DNA of 64,000 nt from Cetorhinus maximus (Eukaryota): positions 94,922,001 to 94,986,000 of the forward strand of contig NC_135893.1 of assembly GCF_964194155.1 (NCBI RefSeq). The letters run 5' to 3'. The notes below the pieces were generated by a model. The model worked only from the letters and a program-made list of their open reading frames with translations. It searched no databases and was not told the DNA's origin. Every line of letters starts with the position of its first letter. Position 1 is the stretch's first letter. A program made the position numbers and the translations under genes. This document shows, in pieces, positions 1 to 12,876 of the stretch.

Positions 1-1624
1 CAGCTGCTTTCTTTGCTGGAGAGAGTTTGTTTATGACGTAGCTCACAGTCAACACTACTCCCAACCCCCAGTGTCCCAGCTATCCCCATTCATAGGTGTA
101 CAAATACCCATCACCTGTTTAACAATGTAGTTGCCATTTAAACCGCAACATTGTAATTAAAAAAAGACATTGACAGACATCAGGGCCTGATCCACATGCA
201 GCAAGTAACTGTGATTTTTGGGTTGCTGCAAGATGCAGATTGTAGGTTTCAGAATATAGTTTTCGGCGGATAAAAGACAAGATGAGAATGATCAACAAAG
301 GGGATTTGTGACTGTAAATAAACCATTTCCTAATTGCTGTCTGTCTTTTGCAGGGAAACAGTTGCCCAAATCGTAGGTCGATGTTACCAGAGCCTGCACA
401 CAGTGACTGATCTTTGGCACGCTGGCATGGTGGGATTTGTAGCACAGTCGCTTCACCATTACCCTTGAAATAAGTTGCAAATGAAAGGACAGACTGCAAA
501 CCGCAAGGCAAAGATGCCGATTGTGGTCTTGGACATGCCCGTCTAAAGTGGCGACGGACACACTGAAGCAATTAATAAAGATCGGCACTTGCGAACTAGC
601 TTCTAACTCCCTTAACTTTATGAGCACACGCGCACAGACAAAAAACCGACGGACAGAAAAAGACCAGCTGGCTCACCAAATCTGGCCAGAGTGCAATTGA
701 GCAACACATTCCCCTAGGCTACTAGCAACTACTTCCTACGAAATATAAGAACCATAGAAAAGAACTCTTGCTAAATCAGAGAGAGAAAAAAATCTGCAAA
801 ATTCCTCTGACCCTTGAAGGTGATCAAAATAATTTCCAGGAAATCACATTTGAGGCACATCAGCCAACATCCCAACTGCATGATCCGATCAGAACCAGGA
901 ACTCATTCAGCTCGCTTTTGAACGATTGCAACAAATCACAATCACTGGACAACCCAACAACGTATCCCAAAGTCAATGAACTTCTGAAAAGGAGACTATC
1001 TCGTTACGTCCGTCCTAAGATCTTTGTTTATGTAACAGTTACACGTGTCTCTTGGTTCTCCTTTTCCCAACAAATTCAACCAGCCTATCCGCATGAACAC
1101 AATCTAATCACTTCATTATTTTGAATTACTCAATCAAAGCCCTAATGTCAATGCTTTACTCGAGCTAAAGGGCCCAACTCCTTAAATCTATGATGGTAAC
1201 TAAGAGCCTTTAAAGCCATCAATCTAGTATCCCTCCTCTGAATCCTTTTAGACCATAAGACGTAGGAGCAGAAATTAGGCCATTCGGCCCATCAAACTTT
1301 TCAGGTTCTCAACATCACCCACTTTGAGGGGGCCGACTACGCACATAGTATGAGGCCTAACGAAGGTCTTGTACTAAGGCAAAATAGTGTTTTTCATTTT
1401 ATATTGAATAGCCCTAGCAATTAGGTATCCAAATACTCTATTTGTTCTTGTAGCCAATTTGTTATCACCTATTTCGCAGTATCACACAAAGTCAAACTTA
1501 CCCCCAGTGTGTGCTCAAATTGAAAACTGCCTCCAGAATATCCAATACCCACATCAAGGTAATCACATCTTCTCAACCCCCGGGGTTACACTGTAAAGTG
1601 ATTTGAGGCAGCCCAAGTTTGTGA

Positions 1625-2525
1625 ATATACAAACATGCGAACATATGACTTAGGAGGAGTAGGCCATTCGGCCCCTAGAGCCTGCTCCGCCGTTCAATAA
1701 CGTCATGGCTGCTCTGATTGTAACTTCAACCCCACATTCCTGCCTACCCGCGATAACCCGATAACTTTCGCTCCCTTGCTTATCAAAATTCTACCTAGCT
1801 CAGCCTTAAAAATATTCAAAGACTTTCTTCCTCACCACACAGTGGAAGCAGAGTTCCAACGACTCACGACCCTCGGAGAAAAAAGTTCTCCTCACTTCTG
1901 TTTTAAATGAGCGAGCCGTTATTTTTAAACAGTGACCCTTAGTTCTAGATTCATCCTCTCCACACCCTTCCTGTCAAAACCCCCAGGATCTTATATATTT
2001 CAATCAAATCACCTCTTACTCTTCTAAACTCCAGAGGGTTTCAAGCCTAACCTGTCCAACCTTTCCTCATAAGACAACTCGCCCATTCCTGGTATTTGTC
2101 TAGTAAACCATCTCTGAACTGCTTCTAATCCATTTACATCCTTCCTTAAATAAGGAGACCAATTCTGTGCACGGTGCTGTAGTTGTAGTCTCACCAGTGC
2201 CCCGTACAACTGAAGCATAACCTCAAATCCACCCGCAATAAACAATAACATTCCACTAGCTTTAATTACTTGCTGTGCCTGCATACTTAACTTTTGTGAT
2301 TCATGCACTAAGACAACCAGATCCCTTTGCATCTCAGAGTTCTGCAATCTCTCACCATTTTTAGATAATATATTTTTTTTTGTTCCTCTTGAAAAAATGG
2401 ACAATTTCACATCTGCCCACCTTATACTCCATTTACCAGATCTTTGCCCACTCACTTAACCTATGTCCCTTTGTAGCCTCCTTAAGCCCTCTTCACAACT
2501 TACTTTCCTACCTATCTTTGTGTCA
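1625..2525 (-). mobile_element. CR1 LINE, 3' portion (decayed ORF2 C-terminus and 3' UTR)
   Basis: ORF 2024-2455 reads LYGALVRLQL..AQNWSPYLRKDVNGLEAVQRWFTRQIPGMGELSYEERL, the vertebrate CR1 RT C-terminal signature; CR1-type 3' end near 1630-1700. Confidence 0.85.
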
Positions 2526-2611
2526 TAAAGATATTTATGCTTAAATTTGAAACAACAAGCCAAAACAAAAGGACAGCCATGATAAACAATTCCCAAAAGG
2601 TGACACTGGCA

Positions 2612-3050
2612 AAGAACAACAACAACAACATGTATTTATATAGCGCTTTTAATGGAAGGAAATGCGCCAAGGCGCTTCTCAGGGGCATTATGAAACAAAA
2701 TATGACACCGAGCCACACAAGGAGTTTTAGGTCAGATGACTGAAAGCTTGGTCAAAGAGGTGGCTTCTAAAGAATGTATTAACAGAGGAAACGAGAGAGA
2801 GAGGCAGAGAAGTGTAGGGAGGGAATTGCAGAGCTTGAGAACTAGGCAACTGAAGGCACATCCACTAATGGTGCAGCTATCAAAACCCAGGTGCTCAAGA
2901 GGCCAGAATTGGGGGAGCACAGATATCTGGGATGGTTATGGGGCTGGAGGACATCACAGAGATAGGGAGAGATGAGGCAATGGAGGGACTGAAAGCAAGG
3001 ATGAGAATTTTAAAATCAAGGTGTTCCTTGACCGGGAGGCAACTTGGCTC
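2612..3050 (-). mobile_element. L2-like LINE 3' fragment
   Basis: Minus strand ends in AAGCGCCTTGG...AAAAGCGCTATATAAATACA followed by a (TTG)n tail, an L2/DeuSINE-type terminus. Confidence 0.6.
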
Positions 3051-4053
3051 AGGAAAAAAATGAGTACAGAATCAACCTGTGTTAACAATACCAAAATCTG
3101 CAGGTCACTTTGCGTCAGGATGTTATGAAGGGAAGAGCCAGCATATGTTTACCCAAATGCTGTCCAGTAGCTCTGGACCAGAATACGAAAGCCCAATGAT
3201 AGTTAGCAAACAATTCACAAATGTTTATATCAAATTATAAAAATAAGTTTATGCTCTACTTTTCCATAAAGTTCAGAACAAGATATCAGGGTAATGACCA
3301 CTAGGGCCCACTTCTCAAGAAAGCCAGTGTTCACCCATTACCCAAGGGTTGAAACCATATGGACAAACTTCACTTGGGACTCTTACAGATAGGGAAGCGA
3401 GGAGACTTTGACTCTCTTGGTCTTGGGTGGATTTAGGCCAAGGTCCCTGGGATGAAATACTTTGCTAACTCTTGGCCCAACCTTCAATACCTAGAACACA
3501 CTTTATCTGAAGTGAATTAATAATTAAACTTACAAGAACTTTTTGTTCAAAGAAATACAATTTTTCCCAGTTAAAAAAAAAACTTTGGAAAAATTCTCTT
3601 CCCCGTTTCAAAGTTTTAAAAATTCAGTGCAGCAAAAATTTGTTAAGACCCAAAAATGGGCCTGGGGATCATGATATGTGATTAACCTGCCTTTAAAGCA
3701 GACAGCATACAAACCTTACACTGCCTGCACCTTTAAATGATTGCAACCAATGCTGAGTGACTACCCACCTAAGAAGGGGGCACAAAATCATAGGAGGCTT
3801 GAACAAATTCAAACAAGCCTGCACTACTTAAAACCAGCCTGCATCTCTTAATTGGGAAGTGTGTTTTGGCTGGGATAGGTGGAAGTCATTCTAGAAGTTA
3901 AGACTTGGGAAAGATACAGGAATAGCACAACATGGCAGAGGGCGGGTTCCAATGCCACTCCACCAAGGCCCTTGTTATTAACTGTCAGTGAACCTGCCAA
4001 GACTGCGATCATCCGTGCCAAGGTGGTGCAGTCCAAAGCTGGGCTTTCTAATA

Positions 4054-4712
4054 TATTACCTCCAACAGCATGAGCTCTTATCTTGTGCAGTAACCTTTTA
4101 TGTGGCACCTTATTCAACACCTTTTGGAAATCCAAATACACCACATCTACTGGTTCCCCTTTATCCATTCTGCTTGTTACATCCTCAAAGTTGTCAAATA
4201 AATTTGTCAAACACGATTTGCCTTTCAGAAAACTATGTTGACACTGCCTAATTATATTATTATTTCCTAAATATACTGCTACTACCTCGCTAATAATTGA
4301 TTCTGCATTTTCCCAATGACAGATGTTAGACTAACTGACCTATAGTTTCTGTCTCCCTCCTTTCCTGAATACTAGTGTCACATTTATGGCTTTCCAATCC
4401 ACTGGGACCTTTCCAGAATCTAGGGAAGATTACAATCAATGCATCCACTAGCCCTGCAGCAGCTTCCTTTAAGACCCTAGGATGCAGGCCATCAGGTCCA
4501 GGGAACTTGTCAGCCAATTAGTCCCATAAATTCTCCTAGTATATTTTTTCCTGTGAATGTTTTAAGTTCCTCTATTTATTTTGCCCCCATGCTTTTCTAC
4601 TATTCTTGGGATGTTTTTTGTGCCTTCTACTGTGAAGGCAGATACAAAATACCCGTTCAAAGTCTCTGGCATTTCCTTGTTTCCCATTATTAATTTCCGA
4701 GTCTCACCCTCC
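4054..4712 (-). mobile_element. CR1 LINE internal RT fragment
   Basis: ORF fragments TNLFDNFEDVTSRMDKGEPVDVVYLDFQK..KVPHKRLL and DKFPGPDGLHPRVLKE. Confidence 0.85.
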
Positions 4713-5619
4713 CAGAATCGGGACGCGCCCAACATTTTTAACGGGCTCCCGGGGCGTCCTGGATCGGCAAAACTCAGGCCCATATCTTCAACCTACCAGA
4801 AAAAGAAGAAACAATTCTGCAAATTGAAGCTTTACCTATCAAGTTCAAAACATACAATTCGCAAATCTGTATCAGACAGGTTAATGATAAAATGGTTGAA
4901 CACAAATAATGAATATGGTCATTCAATCATCCCTCTGATGTAGAACAAGATTTTATTCTTCTACAGGTGTCCTTTCCCACACTCACGCATTATTTTTTTT
5001 GTACCTGTTATATTTGATGAATATGACACCTACAGTCCTCGATTTTCAGAAACTCATTGTTCCTTTGTTTGTCTTCTGAAGTTTGCTTTGGCAATCATCT
5101 TCAACTGGAATTGTTGCCAGTGCCCTACATGTACACTGACTGTCATGCTCTGTATTGACTCTGTAACTGTTTAGTCAACCCTTGGTCAGCCTTGCTGATT
5201 TTTCCCTGGTGCATTCAAATGATTTGCAAGATTGTATTATTACTGGTGTACTCATTTGCATTTCTGCGCTGCGTTTGGCTTCTGAATTTCTATGCAAAGA
5301 CACCAAATTATAGCAGCTAGGTAGAACGTACATCTAAAATAATAATATACACAGTTTTTGTCTGTTCGCACTCTTCTGATTGGTCGGTGGGTTGATTTGG
5401 TGGGTGAAGCCTGCTGCGTGTGGGTTGCGTGAAGGGCTGAATTGTGTGAAGCATGTCCAGTTGCCAATGGTTGGTGGTAGCAGCAGCAGGGTGGGGGTTG
5501 ATGTGAAAAAGAACAGCTAAGGGTAAGGGGAGCCCAACAACAAAGTAACCCTGGCTGGAGGGAAGAGGCAGCAAGGTTGTGGGCTGACGGCATGAGGGAT
5601 GATAGCGTCGGGAGGGGAA

Positions 5620-5795
5620 ATGCATGGATTTGAGGGATGAGAATTGGGATGGCATGGGAGGAATGGAATTGGGAATAGGACTGGCACAGGAAGAAGTGGT
5701 GGGATGAGGATGAGATGAGAGGGATGAAAGGAATGGGATGGGTATGGCATGAAATGGATGGCACGGGGAGAATGGAAGGGCAGGGGACGGGAAGT
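5620..5795. repeat. Purine-rich low-complexity tract (GGATG/GGAAT/GAGAT-like pentamers)
   Basis: Degenerate G/A-rich pentamer repeats; these explain the spurious P/S/H-rich minus-strand ORFs at 5252-5764. Confidence 0.6.
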
Positions 5796-6029
5796 TAAAG
5801 AATTACTGTTGCAGTCAAGATACTAGTTTCACTGTAAATGCTCAGAGTTTCTGCTAATTAATAATATTTTACTCAACTATTTTGCAATTGTGTTATTTTT
5901 CCATTGCATTTACCTCCTATTTATCTAACTTTGTTGTTGCTAATTTTTGCATTGTCTCTTGTGAGAAATAGCTTTGGAGTTTAAGAAACAAAAATTTAAA
6001 TAGTCATTTGATAGTATAGAACTTGAGTA

Positions 6030-7380
6030 TTGTTGAAAAAAGAGACATGTCAAAGTTTTTTTGTCTTACACTCATTAGGACACTTCACAAGAATACCAAT
6101 ATAAGGGGAAAACAACAATTTATACTGTATGTGAAGAGAGTGCTGATTGGTTGGCAAGTGGCATTGCCATGGAGAGTGCACCAGTGATGGTGACTGACAG
6201 TTAACTGCCAAGCATTGTTTGAAATTTAAACCAGGCTGCTTGACCCTGATTGGTCAAGGCCTTGCCGTGAGGAATGAGTCAGTGAATGGTTGTCACTTAC
6301 TTTGTTTAGCTGAAACAGGCGCAATGTATGTACATGTTCTTTCTGTCTGCAGAGAACAGGGCCCTGGGTATTAATAGATGTAGCTTCCAGTGCGTATAAA
6401 TGCCCCACATTGCGAGTCCGACTGACAATGTTAAATTGGTCACCAGTGTAATTCTTAACACACTGAGGATTATTTAGCAAATGTTGTCTAAGTGTGGAAT
6501 CACATCTAATGTTGGACAGTGTGTTTGGAATTTTACAAGCACGGGCTGGTTGGGAAGGGTCTGTACCCTGCCGTTGCGAGCAGCGGCTAGGACATGTTGC
6601 TTGATATGATCTGCCAGTCTTTGGGACTTGCAGCCTGTATATCTAGCGTCACACTGGCACCGAAATTCATATGCCACGTTATTCATTTGTGTGGTAGGCA
6701 GAATGTCTTTTTGGCTTGACGGCAGCATCCTGTTAGTGGTGAATACCACTCGTGTTGCTACTACATAATAGCAGCTTGAAACAGCTAGCTTCACCTGTTG
6801 CTCAAAATTTTGAGCTACCTTGCCCCTCCAGGGTAATCTGAGGTAGGCTGGATATTTTTCGGGGCCGAAAGTGACGGCTTTAGGCCCGTTCATGAGTTTG
6901 CGTGATATACAGAGCGAAATGATCTGATCAGGGTAACCATTAGGATATCTTTGATGCGCCCTATTTCAGCATCGAGCTTGCATGGTGAGCAAATGGCTTG
7001 GGCCCTATTTACAAGGTTGCTGATAAGACCAATCTTATAGCTTGTGGTACTGTAAGAATCCCAACGCATATATTGACCAGTGAAGGTAGGCCATGGTAGA
7101 GAACCTCCTGGCAGGTTTCTCAACTAGTATGTCAAGGAAGGGGAGTTCATTTTACTGCTCCATTTCAAAGGTGAATTTGAGCACAGGATGGAGCCCATTA
7201 AGACATCGAAGGAAATTGTTATATGCAGCTGCTGATTTAAATATAGCAAACATATCATCCACATATCGGAAATATAAAAGGGGTAGGAGGCTAGGTGTTA
7301 TTCCATTGAAGACACATTTCTCATGGAACCCGACAAAGATGTTTGTAAGAGCTGGGCCTAGAGGAGATCCCATGGCAATA
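6030..7380 (-). mobile_element. Penelope-like retroelement, 5'-truncated (RT plus GIY-YIG endonuclease)
   Basis: Frameshifted ORFs: IAMGSPLGPALTNIFVGFHE..YFRYVDD..LNGLHPVLKFTFEME (PLE RT), PTFTGQY, NVAYEFRCQCDARYTG..QRLADHIKQH (GIY-YIG) and LEATSI..PVLCRQK; degenerate hammerhead motif at 6047-6083. Confidence 0.9.
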
Positions 7381-8127
7381 AACAAAAAAATTTAGAAATA
7401 GACACTACACATTTAAAGGCAAACCAATAAAGGCCAAATGATTACATTGTTGATTTGGCATGATGGTCACACACAGACACATTCATTCATTCACACATGT
7501 CCTGAAACAACAATATACATGTAATTCAACCTCGATTATCATTATTTTTTGATGTAATATAACTACAATCAGTAGTTTTGACAAAGGTGGCATGGGTGAA
7601 ATATGGGCTACTTTGGGTTAATTTATTCAAATTTTTCAGTTCCTCAACTTGAATAATCATTTTTTTTCCCAATATGCATCCATTTGGTTTACTTTATGTT
7701 TTATATCAAGTAGAATAAGCAAGGGTCTGAACAAACAGAAGATTCTGGAGGCCAAAACTATTTTAGGTATACTTATCGCCTTTGACCTATGACTGAATTT
7801 TGACACTCATCAAATCTTCCATCATTGGAGGATCTGGTTTATTGGGGATTGGCTGGATACCTTTTTCCCCCCACTTCAAATTGTTTCACTACTTCTCAAT
7901 TTCTTTGCCCCCTCCCCCCACCCCTCGCATAATTATGCTGCCCTCGAACAACAGCCCAAACTATGATAGTCAGGCTGGTTTTTGGTGATCTATTTGCAGA
8001 GCCAGAATATTTCATCATTTTTGCAGCCACGACAAATTTTCTTTCTGTAACACAAAAGTGAACCATCCTCTTGCTGGATTTTTCACTCCCTTTGCTGTTA
8101 TGGGACATATTTTCTCCCATCTCATAT

Positions 8128-8587
8128 TATAAGAAATAGGAGCAACAGCAGGACATACAGCTCCTCAAGCCTGTTCCGCCATTCAATAAGATCATTGGCT
8201 GATCTTCAACCACCACTCCACTTCCCCACTCTAGACCACGCTGTCCAATCTCGCGACCTCAGTCTTGAATATACTCAGCAGCCCACAATCCACAGCCCTC
8301 TGAGGTCGAGAATTCCAAAGATATGAAACCTTCTCAGTGAAGAAAGGTCTCCTCATCTCAGTCCTAAATGGGTGACCCCAAATCCTGAGACTGTGCACCC
8401 CCCCACCCCCCTGTCCCCCACCTAGTTTCAGACTCTCCAGCCAGGGGAAACAACCTCTTAGCATCTACTCTGTCAAACCTCTACAATTTTTACATGTTTC
8501 AATGAGGTCACTTCTCATTCTTTTAAACTTCAGGGAATATAGGCCCAATCCACTCAATCTCTTCTGATAGGAACAGCCCCATTCCAG
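8128..8587 (-). mobile_element. CR1 LINE 3' end
   Basis: ORF 8231-8464 HSLRIWGHPFRTEMRRPFFTEKVSYLWNSRPQRAVD and a CR1 3' UTR. Confidence 0.8.
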
Positions 8588-9613
8588 CGGCTAAATTTTC
8601 CGGCCCCACCCACCGCAGGAATTGTTGCGGGTAAATCTGAGGGACCGTGGCACGTGGGACCGGAACATCCCGCCAGGAATCTTTCTGAGTATCGTCATCC
8701 CCCTTTAAGAGAAGCCTATCTTCCCTCAGTGACGGAGATAAGAATAGCCAAGCTATCCCCAAGCCTACTTGAAAGGGTGATTGAGAACCAATCAAAAAGC
8801 ATGTGTATATTATCAATACTTTCGTATTTGTGGATTATTTTTGATCGATGATGTAATCACGAATGCGTATATACATCGTTGCCGCGCAGAAAAGTACATC
8901 ATCATTCGGAGCTGAGTTAAGGTCTCTTTTATGTTTAAAAACTGTTAGAATCAACAATTCAAAAGAACAGCAATGCAGAAACAAATTTTAAATATTTACC
9001 TTTGCCGCTGATTGGAGCCAAAGTCTTGTTAAAGTAAACCCACGGGTACTTTCAATAACTCCCTGTCACAGTCAGCACTTTCATGGTTCAGTAAGTTTAA
9101 GCGGTTGAAAATATTCATTGTGCCATATTTTGCTATGGGAGTGGCTCTAACGTCAAGGGAAACAACATCTGGGACCTGGGTGAACAGGGCAAGCAGCGTT
9201 GTATCTCCTTAATCAATCAGGTTGGAGGATTATGGAATTGACAGTGCAAGGAGCAACAAGGCAGTGTAAACTAAAGTGGGTGAATTCAATGCACATCCCA
9301 GTGCAGCACCTTATGGATTTCTATATTTAAACGCACAGCTGCCCTCACTTAACTTTGCTGCAGCATTTACGCTATTAGCCTCACCTTTATTGTAAAAGCA
9401 AATTCTTATATTCTTCTGCTCGGCAAAAACCTCCATTCCAGGTTACACATCAATGTTACTATGAGCAACATTTAACCTTTTCGGGACTGCAGTAACATTC
9501 CTGCACCAAAAATGGGACAAGTTTTTGAAATTCAAATAACATTTACGATATGAGAAATGTTCTTGCTTTGATCGTGTTAAGCATTAATGGTGATGGTGAA
9601 ACATTGCATACTA

Positions 9614-9810
9614 GGCCGGTTAGCTCAGTTGACTAGCATGCGGTTCAGAATAATGCCAGCAAGGGTTCAATTCACATTGTGGCTGAGGTAGACTTGCCTC
9701 CTTGCCTGCCCCATGCTTGATACGGAGTGGTGCACCCAAGTTATAAAAACATCTGTCTCTCTCCCATAGTGATGCCTACAGTCCTTGTGGACTAATTACC
9801 TACCTACCTA
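9614..9810 (+). mobile_element. tRNA-Ile(AAT)-derived SINE or tRNA pseudogene
   Basis: GGCCGGTTAGCTCAGTTG...AATAATGCCA...GGGTTCAATTC resembles vertebrate tRNA-Ile(AAT) with A and B boxes, but the stems are degraded; (CCTA)n-like tail near 9800. Confidence 0.55.
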
Positions 9811-10742
9811 GGAGCGCTGCACAAACCCGTTGTGCCACAGGGTAAAGAGACACGGATTCAGTCACTCAATTTATTATAGCTTCAATCTCAAGCATTCTGC
9901 ATGGGGAGGTGCTCAGCAGCAACCTCTTGTACATATTGTGAAAGGGCTAGTCACTATTTTTCTGAGCCCATGTCCTCAATACCTGGCAATGGTCACCCTG
10001 AACCAAAATTAACGTGAAGGAAATGTAGCACTAAAAAAGGAGCTCAATGGCTGAAGGCCACACTGGTCTTTAGTCACACTTTATTTGGATCATCATTTTC
10101 CTCAGGCAAAATCCTCATTTTTTTTTTCCGGTTTGAGCAAAGTCTAAGTTTTGTATTTCAAAAGAACACGGCTGAGAAATTGGTTTTGCACCAGGAATGA
10201 GATCACCTTCTCAATCTTTTAAGCTTCAGAAAATACAGGCCCAATGCAGTCAATCTCTTCTCATGGAACAACCCCATTCCAGGAATCTATTTGGAGAAGC
10301 TTTGTTACATGCCCCTCTATATCTTCCCTGAGTGACTGGGGTAAGAGTAACCAAGCTATCCCCAAACCTGTTTGAAGGGATGACTTCCCTTCATAACATA
10401 CATGATCATAAATCATGTGTATGTTATCAAGACTTCCACATTTGAATATTATTTTTGAGATGATGTGGCAACAAACGTGTATATACATTGTGCTACAGAG
10501 GACACACGCCTGAAGAGGAAGACACAAGGTTCAGTCATCCCTTTGAAGTCATCCATTTGCTTCATTTCTATAAAATCAGCCAGCTGCAGTTGCCAGGTTT
10601 GAGCGTCAAGATAGAGGTTGCTGGTCAGGAGAAGGTAGGGGGGATTTGGATGTAGGGAGTGAGCTCAGGTCGCCAGTAGCCCACACTCCCACTACTCATT
10701 GCTCCACACATTACGGTAGATAAAAATACACAAAATCTTCCT

Positions 10743-10843
10743 CTCTGAAGAAGAGTCATACGGACTTGAAACATTAACTCTCTTTCTCACTCCAAAGATG
10801 CTGTCAGGCCTGGTGAGCTTTTCTAGCGTTTTCTATTTTTATT
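10743..10843 (+). mobile_element. Solo Penelope pseudo-LTR with hammerhead motif
   Basis: CTGAAGA-A-GAGTC-ATACG-GACTT-GAAAC from 10745; flanked by a 13-bp TSD, ACAAAATCTTCCT (10730-10742) and ACAAAATTTTCCT (10844-10856). Confidence 0.75.
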
Positions 10844-11087
10844 ACAAAATTTTCCTGTTCTTTGGAAACCTTGAGAGGTCCTTTTAAGGACAGTTTAGGC
10901 TCCTATAGACCAGGAGAAATAGGGCAGAGCATCTGCAGATAAACATACAAAATAGGAGCAGAAATAGTCCATTTGACCCCAAGAGCCTGCCTTCGCCATT
11001 CAATAAAATCATGGCTGATCTGTTTGTGTTTCAAGTTCCACATTCCCATCTCCCCCTGATAACCCCTGAATCGGGCAAGCAAGATGA

Positions 11088-11310
11088 GAAAGGTAGTTCT
11101 CCCCAGTGTCCTGACCAATATTTATCCACCAACCCATATCACCCAAATAGAATATCTGGTTCTATCATATTGCCATTTGTGGGACTTTCCTGTTCGCAAG
11201 TTAGCTTTTGTGTTTCTTACATTACACTATGCTTCAAAATGGCTTATTTGATGGTAAAATGTTTTGGGTCAATCCAAGGTTGTGAAAGGCACTGCATACA
11301 TGCAAGTCAT
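11088..11310 (+). mobile_element. DeuSINE (SacSINE1/AmnSINE1-like) 3' half
   Basis: GTTCTCCCCAGTGTCCTGACCAATATTTATCC...TGTGAAAGGCACT..ATGCAAGTC resembles the Deu-domain and tail as I recall them. Confidence 0.65.
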
Positions 11311-11525
11311 TACTCCTCTCTATATCAGTCTGGTGTGTTTTTTGGAAATGGATATGCTGGAATACCTATAATGTTCTGGACTCAAGAACTAATGAGAGTT
11401 GAATTCTAAACACTAACCTGCCTCTGTGGGTCAATGCATCACATGGTGTGCTGTTAAACTGTAGAGACCCATCTTTTGACTCCTCCACCGAGCAGTCATT
11501 TAGAATCAATCTCTCCGTTAGCTGG

Positions 11526-12037
11526 AATAAAAACAGCCAATGCTGGAAATACTCAGCAGCTTAGACAGCATCTGTGAAGAGAGAAAAAGAATTAACATTT
11601 CATCTTGATCACTCTACATAAGAACAGGAAAAGGTTAGAAATTTAACAGTTTATTATCAAGTTCAGAGCCAAGAGGAAAGGGGGGGGATGGGAACAGGGA
11701 GAAATGTTCTTTGACAGAGTGGAAGGCAGGAATGACAAAATAAAAAAGGAAGAATGTGCAGGGTTATGTGGAGAAGGCGAGAGAACGGTAACAGGGGAAT
11801 TGCTCAGTCAGGGAGCTGGTGCAGACACAATGGGCCGAATGGCCTCCTTCTGCACTGTAACAATTCTGGGATGACGGAGCCAGGCAAAGGAGAGGCGGTA
11901 GTAGGAGAAGAAACAAAAAATGGCTCCAGAGGAGCTGTAAACGTCCATATTATGATGCGAAATTGTTGAATTCAATGTTGTGTCCAGAAGGCCGAAAAGT
12001 GCCTAATCAAAAGATGAGGTGATGCTTCTCAAGCTTC
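11526..12037 (-). mobile_element. Penelope-like 3' end with pLTR, interrupted by a short CR1-type 3' fragment (~11750-11870)
   Basis: Minus strand encodes KLEKHHLIF*LGTFRPSGHNIEFNN (PLE endonuclease C-terminus), followed by the shared pLTR (GATGCTG..CTGCTGAGTATTTCCAGCA). Confidence 0.65.
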
Positions 12038-12719
12038 TGACCGTGTTAGTGGATCCTGGCTGAGACAGCAGTGGCAACACGTTTGGCCTCTTGGTCATGA
12101 GAAGCGAAAATTCAGCCAATGCTGATCACTACCAGATGGTCAATGCTGCATGTGCTTGTGTGTGGACAGTGGGTGTTATATATATATATAAAACATGCTA
12201 TTGAGAGAGGAAGGAAGAAAGAGGGGCCAAATTGGAATAAAACTTTTAAATTTAACAAAGTAATTCTGTCAATGCTACCCTCATGTGCTGTGTTATCACT
12301 ATGATCTTTCCAGCATTTTTTGAAATCAGTAGCCTTGACCATTAGTGAGGTGCTTTCCTAACATTAACTGAACGTTATCACCAGGGCATTATCAGGGTTT
12401 GAATTCCTGCTCATGCAGACTGTTAACTTCAGTCAAGTATGCAAGTTCAGGTTGACATAGTCTGAATAAGTAAACTGGCTCCAACAGGTAGGTGTTGTTT
12501 GAAGGAATTGGAATAGTATCGGAATAAAGTGCAGTCAGTTTAAATTTTATCCAACCAATTATAAAATTTAATGTCTCGAGATACCAATCACTTCAATTGC
12601 TTCATTTTCAGGATCTACTTATTTTGATGCCTACTACGAATTTTAACAAAATGATTAGAATGACCTGAAGCTTCTAAGGCACAGCCTTCGTTCTGATCCA
12701 CTTAAAACCTTGGAGCGTT

Positions 12720-12876
12720 GTTTTTTTTTCATTCACGGGATGTGGGGCTTCGCTGGCTGGGCCAGCATTTATTGCCCATCCCTAGCTGCCCTTGAGAAGG
12801 AGATGGTGAGCTACCTTCTTGAACCGCTGCGGCCCATGTGGTGTAGGTGCACCCACAGTGCGGTTAGGGAGGGAGC
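12720..12876 (-). mobile_element. 3' tail fragment of the CR1-group LINE/SINE family described in the findings
   Basis: CTCAAGGGCAGCTAGGGATGGGCAATAAATGCTGGCCCAGCCAGCGAAGCCCCACATCCCGTGAATG-poly(A) on the minus strand. Confidence 0.75.

Noticed and set aside
3121-4053. Possible solo LTR (TGTTATGAAG...CTTTCTAATA)
   Set aside because: The terminal inverted match is weak and I see no TSD.
9614-9686. Functional tRNA-Ile gene
   Set aside because: Acceptor, anticodon and T stems do not pair properly; treated as a SINE head or pseudogene.
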